A stretch of DNA of 64,000 nt from an uncultured Clostridia bacterium (GCA_947623585.1 CANQHA010000006.1:56253-120252), one strand, 5' to 3'. Positions 28,245-37,851 are shown, counted from the stretch's first letter. Translations and numbers: made by a program. The notes: generated from the letters alone by a model not told the origin.

Positions 28245-29096
28245 GTGAAAGAATTCTTCAGCTCGAAAAAATTTCTCATAATCGCCTGCGTCGCGGCGTT
28301 TCTCATCGGCATAATGATATATGCCGCGGTAAGCTCGTCAAACGCCGTTAATTCGGCGATAGGCGCGGTTTTTTCTCCTATTCAGAAATTCTCGAACAGC
28401 ATTTCAAACAAGGTCTCCGAGACGCTCGATATGCTTATCAACGCCAAGGATTATTACGACGAGAATCAGCGCCTTAAAGAGCAGATCGCCTCGCTTTACG
28501 CTCAGATATCAGACTATACTCAGCTTGAGCAGGAAAACGACCACCTCCGCGAAATGATCGACCTCGCTTCTTCAAGCGACGGCATAGTTCTCTCGGAGCC
28601 CTGCACCGTTATCGGCCGCACTGCAAACGACATCTACGGCTCGTTTTTCATCGACAAGGGTTCAAAGGACGGGATCGAATATTACGACCCGGTCGTCACG
28701 GCAAGCGGGATAGCGGGGTTTGTCACCGAGGTGGAATACAGCTATTCGATGGTCACGCCCATTCTCTCAAACGAGGTCTCGCTCGGAGTTTACTGCGTCA
28801 GAACAGGCGAGACCGGAGTTATCGAGGGAAGCTATGAGCTTGCGCTCGACGGAATGGTCAGAATGGTTTATATCCCCCTTGACTGCGAAATGACCGAGGG
28901 CGACATCGTTATAACCTCGGGGCACAGCGGACTTGTGCCGAAGGGCATTGTTGTCGGAACGGTCGGCGAAACGTTCATCGCCTCTAACGGGCTTTCGAGA
29001 ACCGGGCTTATAACTCCGTCCATCGACCCGTATCAGCTCAAAACGGTGTTCGTTATAACCGACTTCGACGGAAAGGGTTCGGGGTATGAAGAATAA
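28245..29096 (+). CDS. mreC: rod shape-determining protein MreC
   Basis: N-terminal TM helix, coiled coil and beta-domains. Position after mreB. GTG start. Confidence 0.85.
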   Translation: MKEFFSSKKFLIIACVAAFLIGIMIYAAVSSSNAVNSAIGAVFSPIQKFSNSISNKVSETLDMLINAKDYYDENQRLKEQIASLYAQISDYTQLEQENDHLREMIDLASSSDGIVLSEPCTVIGRTANDIYGSFFIDKGSKDGIEYYDPVVTASGIAGFVTEVEYSYSMVTPILSNEVSLGVYCVRTGETGVIEGSYELALDGMVRMVYIPLDCEMTEGDIVITSGHSGLVPKGIVVGTVGETFIASNGLSRTGLITPSIDPYQLKTVFVITDFDGKGSGYEE

Positions 29097-29664
29097 CGCC
29101 GAAAATCCGAGCGCAAAGCTCCTAAGACCCGGAGTAAAGACCGCGCTTAAATGGCTTTTTTTCACCGTCTCGGCGGTGTTTATGTATACCTCGTCGACTT
29201 CGGGCGGCGGAAAGCCTCAGGCGATGCTGCTTTTTCCGATGGTCTGCGCGTCGGCGGTCTTTGAGACCGAGATACCCTCGGCCGTTTTCGGAGCGGCTGC
29301 GGGGCTTTTGCTCGACGTTTCTCTCGGAAAGCTGCCCGGCTTCACGGCGCTTTGGTTATGTCTCTGCTGCGCGGGGATATCCGCGCTTTTCGGACGGCTT
29401 CTCAGAAAAAACATAATAAATTTCCTCTGGGTGTTTCTGCTCGTCGGAGGGATATATCTTTACATCGACTACTATTTTTACTATAAGATATGGGCTTACG
29501 AGGGCTACCGGCTCGTTTTAAAAGCAAGGCTGATACCCTCGGCGCTGAAAACTCTCGGCTGGGCGCTGCCGGTCTATGCGGCGGTATACGTCGCCGAAAG
29601 GCTGAGCGGCACCCAAAGAAAGCTCGACCTTGAGGAGCAGGATAAAAATATCGACAGGGTTTAA
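29086..29664 (+). CDS. mreD: rod shape-determining protein MreD
   Basis: Polytopic small membrane protein overlapping the mreC stop. Confidence 0.7.
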   Translation: MKNNAENPSAKLLRPGVKTALKWLFFTVSAVFMYTSSTSGGGKPQAMLLFPMVCASAVFETEIPSAVFGAAAGLLLDVSLGKLPGFTALWLCLCCAGISALFGRLLRKNIINFLWVFLLVGGIYLYIDYYFYYKIWAYEGYRLVLKARLIPSALKTLGWALPVYAAVYVAERLSGTQRKLDLEEQDKNIDRV

Positions 29665-29688
29665 AGCCTTTTGCGAAAGGAGAACGGC

Positions 29689-31767
29689 ATGAAGCGCTTT
29701 TTTGAAATTGCAAGGGTCGGCGCGGCGGCGGCGCTTCTTATCGTCTCGATAATTTTTGCCGGCTCGGCGCTGATGAAAATTCAGGTGGTTGACGGCGCGA
29801 TGTATCTTCAGATGTCGAAATCGTCAAAAACCGCGGTGCAGTCGGTCTCGGCGGCAAGAGGGCAGATAGTTGACGCAAACGGAAAGCCGCTCGTCGAAAA
29901 CAGGGCTTCATACAACATCGTGATAAACTCATCCTTTTTCCCCGATGATTACGAGGCGCAAAACAAGGTAATACTCAAGCTGACAAGGCTTCTTTCCGAG
30001 GACGGCCTCGAATGGATAGACACCATTCCCATCACAAAGGAAACGCCTTACGAATATACAAAAGACGAGGACTCGGCGGACGTTAAACGCATCTTCTCAA
30101 AGCTGAGGCTCGCAAGCTATGCCACCGCGCAAAACTGCATCGACGCGCTGACGGATATGTATAAGATCCCCGAGGATTGGACCGACGCCGAAAAGCGAGC
30201 CGTCGCGGGGATAAGATATCAGATGATACTCGCCGACTTTTCATCGTCGAACGACTATGTTCTGATAAAGGACGTTCCCATCGAGACCGCGATGAAGGTC
30301 AGGGAGCTCAACTATATCCTTGACGGCGCGGGGGTATCGGAGGACGCGGTGAGGGTCTATGAAAGCGGAGATATCTTTCCGCACGGAATAGGCTATGTCG
30401 GGCCTATCTATGCCGAGGAATATGCGGTTTTGAAGCAAAACGGATACCTTATAAGCGACACCGTCGGAAAAGCCGGCATCGAAAAGGCAATGGAGCCCTA
30501 TCTTGCGGGAAAGCGCGGCGAAAAAGAGATAACCGTTACAAGCGACGGCGCCGTTTCGGAAAAGATCACCCGCGAAGCCGTTCCGGGGAGCACCGTTATG
30601 CTCACTATCGACAGCGATTTTCAGGCGAGGCTTCAAAAAATGCTCGGCGATTTCATCGGCTCTCTCGCCGACGGAACGCTGACAAAAACTGATTATGATT
30701 TCACCGACTGCTCGTCGGGCGCGATAGTCGTCGAAAACGTCAAAACCGGCGCGATAATCGGAATGGCGACTTGGCCGAATTACGACATAAACGACCTGAT
30801 AAACGATTACTCCTCGGTGCTTTCGGCCAAGGGTCAGCCGCTTTATAACCGCGCCGCAGACGGACTTTACCGCCCCGGCTCGGTGATGAAGACCGTGACC
30901 GCGACCGCGGCTCTTTCCGAAAACGTCATCACCCCGACCGACACCTTCAACTGCCACCGCACATATAATTTTCTCGATATCGTCGTCAACTGCACCGGCA
31001 GCCACGGAAACATAAACGTTATCACCGCCCTTGAAAAAAGCTGCAACATCTTCTTCTATCAGGTCGTTCAGCAGCTCGGGCTCGATAAGTTGCTCGAATA
31101 TGAGACCGCATACGGACTCGGGACCGACATGGGGCTTGAAATAAACAGCTCGCGGGGATATCTCGCCTGCCCCGATACCTTTGCTGATCTCGGTCTTGAA
31201 TGGACCGTCGGTCAGGTGCTTCAGGCGGCTATCGGTCAGTCCGAGGTCGGCGTGACCCCGCTTCAGATGTGCGTTTTGGCTTCAACGATAGCAAACCGCG
31301 GCGTGAGATATAAGCCCTATCTCGTCGATTCGATTTGGGACTATAACCGCACCGAGAGGATATCGAAGACCGAGCCCACAGTCGCGGCGACGGTTGACGC
31401 GCCCGAGACGGTTTTTGACACCGTTATCGAGGGAATGAAACGCGCCGCGAAAAACACTACTTCCTCGGTGTTTTACCCCGAGAACGCTCAGGCGGCCTAT
31501 ATCTCGCAGTTTTCTCTCGAGCCGCTGCCCTATCCCGCCGCGATAAAGACCGGCACCCCGCAGGCTTCAAACAAGGCGACGCAAAATTCGACGGTCGTGG
31601 GGTTCTATCCCGCCGACGACCCCGAGATCGCCTTCTCGGTGGTCATCGAAAACGGAGAGTATTCAAAATATCTCGTCCGCAAGATCATCGACGCTTATTA
31701 CGGCTATGAGTCGGAAAATGTCGACCTCGGAAACGGGACTTTTAAGAATACAGTGATAACTAAATGA
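29689..31767 (+). CDS. mrdA: penicillin-binding protein 2 (class B transpeptidase)
   Basis: ATG 29689 after AAAGGAGA. SVMK (SxxK) and KTGT motifs. Follows mreBCD. Confidence 0.85.
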   Translation: MKRFFEIARVGAAAALLIVSIIFAGSALMKIQVVDGAMYLQMSKSSKTAVQSVSAARGQIVDANGKPLVENRASYNIVINSSFFPDDYEAQNKVILKLTRLLSEDGLEWIDTIPITKETPYEYTKDEDSADVKRIFSKLRLASYATAQNCIDALTDMYKIPEDWTDAEKRAVAGIRYQMILADFSSSNDYVLIKDVPIETAMKVRELNYILDGAGVSEDAVRVYESGDIFPHGIGYVGPIYAEEYAVLKQNGYLISDTVGKAGIEKAMEPYLAGKRGEKEITVTSDGAVSEKITREAVPGSTVMLTIDSDFQARLQKMLGDFIGSLADGTLTKTDYDFTDCSSGAIVVENVKTGAIIGMATWPNYDINDLINDYSSVLSAKGQPLYNRAADGLYRPGSVMKTVTATAALSENVITPTDTFNCHRTYNFLDIVVNCTGSHGNINVITALEKSCNIFFYQVVQQLGLDKLLEYETAYGLGTDMGLEINSSRGYLACPDTFADLGLEWTVGQVLQAAIGQSEVGVTPLQMCVLASTIANRGVRYKPYLVDSIWDYNRTERISKTEPTVAATVDAPETVFDTVIEGMKRAAKNTTSSVFYPENAQAAYISQFSLEPLPYPAAIKTGTPQASNKATQNSTVVGFYPADDPEIAFSVVIENGEYSKYLVRKIIDAYYGYESENVDLGNGTFKNTVITK

Positions 31768-31879
31768 AAAAATTGTAAAATTTTAAGAAATTTTCAAAAA
31801 GCCTTTGACACATTCGCAGTTTTATGCTATTATATATCCAATCCCCTCGCGAATGCATAATACTACAAGGAGGATCCTC

Positions 31880-32275
31880 ATGAACATTGCATTTATTGCG
31901 CATGACTCAAAAAAGGAGCTCATGATCCAGTTCTGCATCGCTTACAGCGGGATTCTGAGCAAACACACCCTCTGTGCGACCGGCACTACCGGGAAACAGG
32001 TTTCGGAAGCAACCGGCCTGAGCATTCAGCAATATCTCATCGGATCTCAGGGCGGCTGCCAGCAGATCGGCGCCAAGATATCCTGCAATGAAATCGACCT
32101 GCTTATTTTCTTCCGCGATCCTTTAAACCGCAAACCCAGCGAACCTAACGAGCAAGACCTTCTCAGACTCTGCGACGTGCATAATATACCTGTCGCCACA
32201 AACATCGCCACCGCCGAGGCGCTTATCATGGCGCTTGAACGCGGCGACCTTGACTGGCGCGAGCTTCTGAGATAA
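31880..32275 (+). CDS. methylglyoxal synthase-like (MGS fold) protein with substituted catalytic residues
   Basis: Gapless by-eye alignment to E. coli MgsA ([24 protein letters not shown] conserved). GGDQQ reads GGCQQ and PHDPD reads PSEPN. Confidence 0.75.
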   Translation: MNIAFIAHDSKKELMIQFCIAYSGILSKHTLCATGTTGKQVSEATGLSIQQYLIGSQGGCQQIGAKISCNEIDLLIFFRDPLNRKPSEPNEQDLLRLCDVHNIPVATNIATAEALIMALERGDLDWRELLR

Positions 32276-32289
32276 AAAATCCGACAGGC

Positions 32290-32520
32290 TTTGAACGAGA
32301 GAGTAGCCGCGAACGGCGCAACTCAGAGAGGACGCAATTTTTTGGTGAAAGCGTCTTTGTGTTTTCGCAGCGAAGGACACTCGCGAGCTTCCGCGTGATC
32401 AAGCGCGGACGTTTCGACCGCGTTAAGGGCTTTGAGCGACCGCGCTTTTGCGCGGTAACAAGGGTGGTACCGCGACACGACCGTCGTCCCTTTTTCGGGA
32501 TCACGGTCGTTTTGTTTTTT
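32290..32520 (+). promoter_or_regulatory. T-box riboswitch leader of hisS-aspS
   Basis: AGAGAG stem I element. T-box sequence AACAAGGGTGGTACCGCG (about 32456-32474). Terminator ACGACCGT...ACGGTCGT plus TTTGTTTTTT (32478-32520). Candidate specifier region GAAGGACACU at 32372-32381. Possible promoter TTGACT-17-TAAAAA at 32250-32278. Confidence 0.85.
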
Positions 32521-32554
32521 AAACCGTTCATCAAAAAGAAAGGAAAATATAACC

Positions 32555-33904
32555 ATGTCAATGCAGATAAAACGGCCGAAAGGCACCCAAGATATCCTGC
32601 CGGCGGATTCGCAAAAATGGAAGACCGTCGAGGATATCGTCAGATCGGCGGCCGAGCAGTTCGGATTCAGGGAAATAAGAACACCGGTTTTTGAAGAGAC
32701 CGGCCTTTACGTCCGCTCGGTCGGCGACACCTCGGACGTCGTTACAAAAGAGATGTATACCGTCTCGTCAAAAGGAGATTCTACCTTTACATTAAGGCCC
32801 GAGGGCACGGCGGGGGTAGTCCGCGCAATGCTTGAAAACGGACTTATGAACGAGGGCTTTCCGCAGAAGGTATATTATGTGATATCGGCGTTTCGCCACG
32901 AGAAGCCGCAGGCGGGAAGGCTCAGAGAATTTCACCAGTTCGGCGTTGAGATGTTCGGGGCGGCTTCGCCCTATGCCGACGCCGAGATAATTCTTCTCGC
33001 ATCGTCCATTCTTGACGCCTGCGGGCTTGAAAACGTCGAGCTTCACATCAACTCTATCGGCTGCCCCGAGTGCAGGGCGAAATATCGCGAAGCCCTCAGA
33101 GATTACTTCGAGCCTCACAGAGAGGAGCTTTGCGAGACCTGCCGCGAAAGGCTCGGCAAAAACCCGATGAGGCTTTTGGACTGCAAATCGCCGATCTGCA
33201 AGGAGATAGCCCTAAACGCGCCGATCATCACCGACTATCTCTGCGACGACTGCCGCGAGCACTTCGAGGCGCTGAAAGACATTCTTGACGACTACGGCGT
33301 TAAGTTCAAGGTCGATCCGAAGATAGTGCGCGGACTTGATTATTACACTCGGACGGTTTTCGAGTTCATCTCAAACGACATCGGCGCTCAGGGGACCGTC
33401 TGCGGCGGCGGGCGCTATGACGGGCTCGTTTCCGAGCTCGGCGGACAGCAGGTGCCGGCGCTCGGCTTCGGGATGGGGCTTGAGCGGCTCATCATGACGA
33501 TGGAAAGCTGCGGCTGCGAATTTGAAGCGCAAAAGACCTGCGACCTTTACATCGCTCCGATGGGCGAAACTGCTCGAAGAAAAGCCGCGCTGCTCGCCGA
33601 CGCCGTGAGGCGCGAGGGGTATTCGGCCGAGACCGACCTTGTCGGCAGAGGGCTGAAGCCTCAGATGAGATATGCCGACAAGATCGGCGCAAAATACGTC
33701 TGCGTTTTGGGCGACAACGAGCTTGAGACCGGCGAGGCAAAGCTGAAAAATATGCGCACCGGCGAGGAGAAGCCGGTCGTGCTGACGGAATTTATAAGGA
33801 CCTTCGCGGACGTGCTGCTCTCGGAGCTTTTTGACGGAGACTTTTCGGAGCAGCTCGGAAGCCTGCTCGAGGATCTGCCTGCGGCGGATACCTCGGACGT
33901 TTGA
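32555..33904 (+). CDS. hisS: histidine--tRNA ligase
   Basis: 449 aa. KGTQDILP start and class II motifs (FRHEKPQAGRLREFHQ, GGGRYD). Confidence 0.95.
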   Translation: MSMQIKRPKGTQDILPADSQKWKTVEDIVRSAAEQFGFREIRTPVFEETGLYVRSVGDTSDVVTKEMYTVSSKGDSTFTLRPEGTAGVVRAMLENGLMNEGFPQKVYYVISAFRHEKPQAGRLREFHQFGVEMFGAASPYADAEIILLASSILDACGLENVELHINSIGCPECRAKYREALRDYFEPHREELCETCRERLGKNPMRLLDCKSPICKEIALNAPIITDYLCDDCREHFEALKDILDDYGVKFKVDPKIVRGLDYYTRTVFEFISNDIGAQGTVCGGGRYDGLVSELGGQQVPALGFGMGLERLIMTMESCGCEFEAQKTCDLYIAPMGETARRKAALLADAVRREGYSAETDLVGRGLKPQMRYADKIGAKYVCVLGDNELETGEAKLKNMRTGEEKPVVLTEFIRTFADVLLSELFDGDFSEQLGSLLEDLPAADTSDV

Positions 33905-34030
33905 GCGGGGCGAAGCCCCGGGCCGGCGGCAGGCCGCCGGCCGCCCCCGCGCCCCGCAGGGGCGCGGGGTCCCGCAGCTTCGCAGCGGGAGGGCTTCGCC
34001 CGAGCGCCACGGCTGTGCTTTTCTCAAAAG
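33905..34030. repeat. array of consecutive short GC-rich hairpins between hisS and aspS
   Basis: GGGGC-gaa-GCCCC; GGCCGGCGGC-ag-GCCGCCGGCC; CCCCGCGCCCC-gca-GGGGCGCGGGG; CCCGC-agcttcgca-GCGGG; GGGC-ttc-GCCC. Confidence 0.8.
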
Positions 34031-34097
34031 GCGTGCCGAGGAGTCAAAAAAGCCGCAGGCATTTAAACGCACAATATTTAATAAGGAGCAACATATC

Positions 34098-35876
34098 ATG
34101 GACACAATGGGAAAACTCAGAAGAACTCACTACTGCGGCGAGGTGCCGCTTGAACCCTGCGAGGTGGTGGTCTGCGGATTCGTTCAGAAGATACGCAACC
34201 TCGGAAACCTCATTTTCATCGATCTCAGAGACCGCACCGGCATCGTTCAGCTCGCTTTCGGAGACGATACCGACCGCGAAATATTTGACAAGGCGGCGAC
34301 AGTAAGAAACGAATACGTTCTTATGGCCAGAGGAAACATCGCCCCGCGCGAAAGCGTCAACAAGGACATCGCCACCGGAACCGTCGAGATAAGGGTCACC
34401 GAGCTGAAAATCCTTTCAAAGGCTCAGACTACGCCGTTTGAGATATCTAACTCTGACAAGGTGAACGACGAGCTGAAGCTGAAATATCGCTATCTCGACC
34501 TGAGAAGCCAGAAGCTGACCAAAAATATCCTCATGCGGCACAAAATCGCCGAGGTCACAAGAAACTACTTCTATGAAAACGGCTTCATCGAGATCGAGAC
34601 CCCGATGATGATGAAATCCACCCCCGAGGGCGCGCGCGACTATCTTGTTCCCTCAAGGATACACGACGGAAAATTCTACGCGCTGCCGCAGTCTCCGCAG
34701 ATATATAAGCAGCTTTTGATGGTCGCGGGCTTCGACCGCTATATCCAGCTCGCCCGCTGCTTCCGCGACGAAGACTTAAGGGCCGACCGCCAGCCGGAAT
34801 TCACTCAGATAGACCTTGAAATGTCGTTTGTTGACGAAGAGGATATCAGAACGATGGCCGAGGGCTGGATCAAGCGCCTCTTTAAAGAGGTAAAGGACAT
34901 AGACATTAAGACCCCGCTGCCCCGCCTCACCTTTGCCGACGCTATGAACCGCTACGGCTCGGATAAGCCCGACACCCGCTTCGGCATGGAGATAACCGAC
35001 ATCACCGAGCTTGCAAAAAGCATCGAATTTCCCGTGTTCGCGGGCGCGATTTCCGACGGCGGCACCGTCAGGGCGATAGTCGCCAAAAACGCCGCCGCGA
35101 CATACTCGCGAAAAGAAATCGACAAGCTGGTCGAGCACGCAAAGGGAATCGGCGCAAAGGGACTTTCATATATCCGCTGGTCCGAGGAGCAGCCTAACTG
35201 CTCGTTTGCGAAATTCCTCAAAGAGGGCGAGCTTGAAAAGCTGCTTTCGACCCTCGGCGCGGAAAAGGGCGACGTCGTTTTCATCGCGGCGGACCGCAAA
35301 AAAATCGTCTGCACCGTTTTGGGCGCTTTAAGAAACATGATCGCAAAGCGGCTCGATATCATTCCCGAGGACAAGTTCAACCTCGTCTGGATAGTCGAAA
35401 TGCCATTCTTTGAATTCAACGACGACACCAAACAGTGGGAGGCCGCGCACCACCCCTTCACCATGCCTCTTGAAGAGTGCATACCGCTTTTGGACACCGA
35501 CCCCGAAAACGTCCGCGCAACGGCGTTTGACCTCGTTCTGAACGGCACCGAGCTTTGCTCGGGCTCAATGAGGATCACCGACCCCGAGCTTCAGAACAGA
35601 ATGTTTGAGGCGCTCGGGCTCACCGATGAAGAAATCGAGGCGAAATTCGGCTTCCTCGTTGACGCTTACAAATACGGCGCACCGCCGCACGGCGGCATGG
35701 GCCTCGGGCTCGACAGGATCTCGATGATCCTCTGCGGCGCCGACACCCTGCGCGACGTCATCGCTTTCCCGAAGGTCCAGAACGCCAGCGAGCTTATGAG
35801 CGGCTGCCCCTCGCCGGTGGACGAGAAGCAGCTAAAAGAACTGCATATTGCAACGATTCTCGACGACAAGGAATAA
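34098..35876 (+). CDS. aspS: aspartate--tRNA ligase
   Basis: ATG 34098 after AAGGAG ([15 protein letters not shown]). [20 protein letters not shown] and GGMGLGLDR motifs. Confidence 0.95.
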   Translation: MDTMGKLRRTHYCGEVPLEPCEVVVCGFVQKIRNLGNLIFIDLRDRTGIVQLAFGDDTDREIFDKAATVRNEYVLMARGNIAPRESVNKDIATGTVEIRVTELKILSKAQTTPFEISNSDKVNDELKLKYRYLDLRSQKLTKNILMRHKIAEVTRNYFYENGFIEIETPMMMKSTPEGARDYLVPSRIHDGKFYALPQSPQIYKQLLMVAGFDRYIQLARCFRDEDLRADRQPEFTQIDLEMSFVDEEDIRTMAEGWIKRLFKEVKDIDIKTPLPRLTFADAMNRYGSDKPDTRFGMEITDITELAKSIEFPVFAGAISDGGTVRAIVAKNAAATYSRKEIDKLVEHAKGIGAKGLSYIRWSEEQPNCSFAKFLKEGELEKLLSTLGAEKGDVVFIAADRKKIVCTVLGALRNMIAKRLDIIPEDKFNLVWIVEMPFFEFNDDTKQWEAAHHPFTMPLEECIPLLDTDPENVRATAFDLVLNGTELCSGSMRITDPELQNRMFEALGLTDEEIEAKFGFLVDAYKYGAPPHGGMGLGLDRISMILCGADTLRDVIAFPKVQNASELMSGCPSPVDEKQLKELHIATILDDKE

Positions 35877-35877
35877 A

Positions 35878-35907
35878 GCAAAAGGACGGGGAAGCCCGTC
35901 CTTTTTT
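35878..35907. terminator. bidirectional terminator between aspS and the XRE regulator
   Basis: AAAAGGACGGG-gaag-CCCGTCCTTTTTT. Confidence 0.75.
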
Positions 35908-37001
35908 CAAACTTTCTCAAGCGTTCCGAGGTAATCCGCGTCTTTGAGGAGCTCGGCGAGCCTGCCCTCTTTTGCGCTTTTTCGACTGCTAATGAACCGC
36001 CCCGCCAAATTGCCCTTCACGCCATTCCAGAACGGGTTTCCCGCGTAAACAGCGTCGTAGATAGCGCCGCCGTCTTTTCGGCACTTGTCTAAAAGCGCAA
36101 GCGCCCTAAGATTCAGCTCCATCACCGAAGCTATATCCTTGGCCGTTCCGCCGCGATAGCAAAGGTCGTTTTCGATTCGTCTGAGGAATGACTGCGCGAT
36201 GACCAAGAAAGCGCCATCGTCGGTCTTTTCATATGCTTCGAGCATAAGCTCGCCGTATAAAAGCGCCTTTTCGGTCTTTTCGGCATTTGTAAGGCTTTTG
36301 TCAAAGAAAACCGCACGCCCCAGCTTGTCGGCGGCAAAGCTGAAAAGCTCATACATATTGCGCCTCACCCAAAAGTAGTACTCGTCGGTATTCTTGGCAA
36401 AAAGCTGCTCGCTTTTCTGTTCGCAGGTCTGATACCAACTTGCAAACTTTGAGCGGTAAATTTCGAGGGCTTCGTCGGTATTTCCCTCGGCGTGAAGTAT
36501 CTTTGCGCGCATATTCCATGCGCCGAGCCTTATTCCTTCGTCGCTACATCCGCTGAGTATCTTTTCGCAGATTCCGAGAAACTCCTCTTTATGTGAGAGA
36601 AGCACCTCGGGGTCGTTATCCGCCATATCCCCCGCGATAAACCACATATACCGCGACATCACGCGGCAATCGTTTGGGTATTTGGAGAAGGCTTCGGTTA
36701 TTATCCTTTTCGCCTCCTCTTCCCCCGCCGACGTCCCCGACAAATGCTGCTTTGAAAATGCGCCGAGTATCTCCTCTATCTGCGCGTTTATCCGTTCGGC
36801 GTCATAGCCCATCAGCTCGTCGATTGACACCTCAAAATAATGCGCCAGAGGGAACAAAAGCGTTATGTCGGGAAGGCTCTCGCAGCGCTCCCACTTCGAG
36901 ACCGCCGCAGTCGAAACGTTCATCGCCTCGGCAAGCTGCTCCTGCGTGATGTCTCGGTCGCGGCGCAGCCTCCTTATGTTTTCTCCGATTGTAATTTTCA
37001 T
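35907..37001 (-). CDS. XRE-family HTH transcriptional regulator with a large helical (TPR-like) C-terminal domain
   Basis: ATG 37001 (MKITIGENIRRLRRDRDITQEQLAEAMNVSTAAVSKWE). About 300 aa helical repeat-like C-terminus. Confidence 0.8.
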   Translation of the reverse strand: MKITIGENIRRLRRDRDITQEQLAEAMNVSTAAVSKWERCESLPDITLLFPLAHYFEVSIDELMGYDAERINAQIEEILGAFSKQHLSGTSAGEEEAKRIITEAFSKYPNDCRVMSRYMWFIAGDMADNDPEVLLSHKEEFLGICEKILSGCSDEGIRLGAWNMRAKILHAEGNTDEALEIYRSKFASWYQTCEQKSEQLFAKNTDEYYFWVRRNMYELFSFAADKLGRAVFFDKSLTNAEKTEKALLYGELMLEAYEKTDDGAFLVIAQSFLRRIENDLCYRGGTAKDIASVMELNLRALALLDKCRKDGGAIYDAVYAGNPFWNGVKGNLAGRFISSRKSAKEGRLAELLKDADYLGTLEKV

Positions 37002-37230
37002 ATCCGGCACTCCTTTTATTAAGATAAACAAGCGCTTGTTTTCAATAACAATAATAACCCGCGTGGCGGCGTTTGTAAAGATAACGCTGCGCCACGCGGA
37101 TAAACCGCAGGTTTAATTTTTATCTCTGCGCTTTACTTTATGCACCTTTCGACCCACTTTTTCCACCTCGGGTCGTCCTTGATGCTTTCTCATGTTTTAC
37201 CTCAAAAATTTTATTCACCGGTGCGCTTTA

Positions 37231-37259
37231 ATTTTACCATCGGTTTTTCGGCGAGTCAA
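37231..37259 (-). promoter_or_regulatory. sigma-A promoter reading toward the XRE regulator
   Basis: Minus strand TTGACT, 17-nt spacer, TAAAAT. The palindrome TTAACGA-N4-TCGTTAA (37260-37277) abuts the -35. Confidence 0.5.
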
Positions 37260-37354
37260 TTAACGATTTGTCGTTAAAAAATCAATCCTTCATTTACCTG
37301 CTAACGCCTGATTATTACAAAAAGTATAATCCCCGGAAAATTTTCAATAACCCC

Positions 37355-37383
37355 TTGACAACAGCTTTATTATGGTATATAAT
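37355..37383 (+). promoter_or_regulatory. consensus sigma-A promoter of ylxM-ffh operon
   Basis: TTGACA (37355-37360), 17-nt spacer, TATAAT (37378-37383). Confidence 0.65.
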
Positions 37384-37461
37384 ATACCACTGTAAAGCTG
37401 TTGTGCTTTACAATTAGCACGACATTTAGTGCCCCGACGGTTTGCGAAAGGATGATATTGT

Positions 37462-37824
37462 GTGGCAAAGGATCTTAAATTCGCTTCGCTTCTCGACATA
37501 TACGGCGCGGTTCTGACCGACAAGCAGCGCGAAATGCTTGAGCTGTATTACAACGAGGATTTATCTCTTTCCGAGATCGCCGCAAACGAGGGCATTTCCC
37601 GTCAGGGAGTAAGAGACAGCATCAAACGCGGCGAGGAGACACTCACCGAGCTTGACGGAAAGATCGGCACGACCGCCGTTATCGAAAAATATGAGGCGCT
37701 TCTTGAGAAGGTCGTCAAAAAGTGCGACGAGATCATCTCGGACTGCCGCTCTTATACCACCACAAAAAGCGTCATCGAAAAACTTGAGGGCATAAAATCC
37801 GAAATTTCGGGAGAAACTGCCTGA
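37462..37824 (+). CDS. ylxM: YlxM/UPF0122 putative DNA-binding protein (SRP-associated)
   Basis: LTDKQREMLELYYNEDLSLSEIA motif. GTG start. Precedes ffh. Confidence 0.85.
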   Translation: MAKDLKFASLLDIYGAVLTDKQREMLELYYNEDLSLSEIAANEGISRQGVRDSIKRGEETLTELDGKIGTTAVIEKYEALLEKVVKKCDEIISDCRSYTTTKSVIEKLEGIKSEISGETA

Positions 37825-37851
37825 TAACTATATTTTTAAGGAGCAACCGCA

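Noticed and set aside
33831-34097. N-terminal 89-codon extension of aspS (track ORF 33831-35876, 681 aa), overlapping the hisS 3' end
   Set aside because: The extension is the translation of the GC-rich hairpin array (Arg/Pro/Gly/Ala-rich). A canonical AAGGAG RBS and the conserved AspRS N-terminus begin at ATG 34098.
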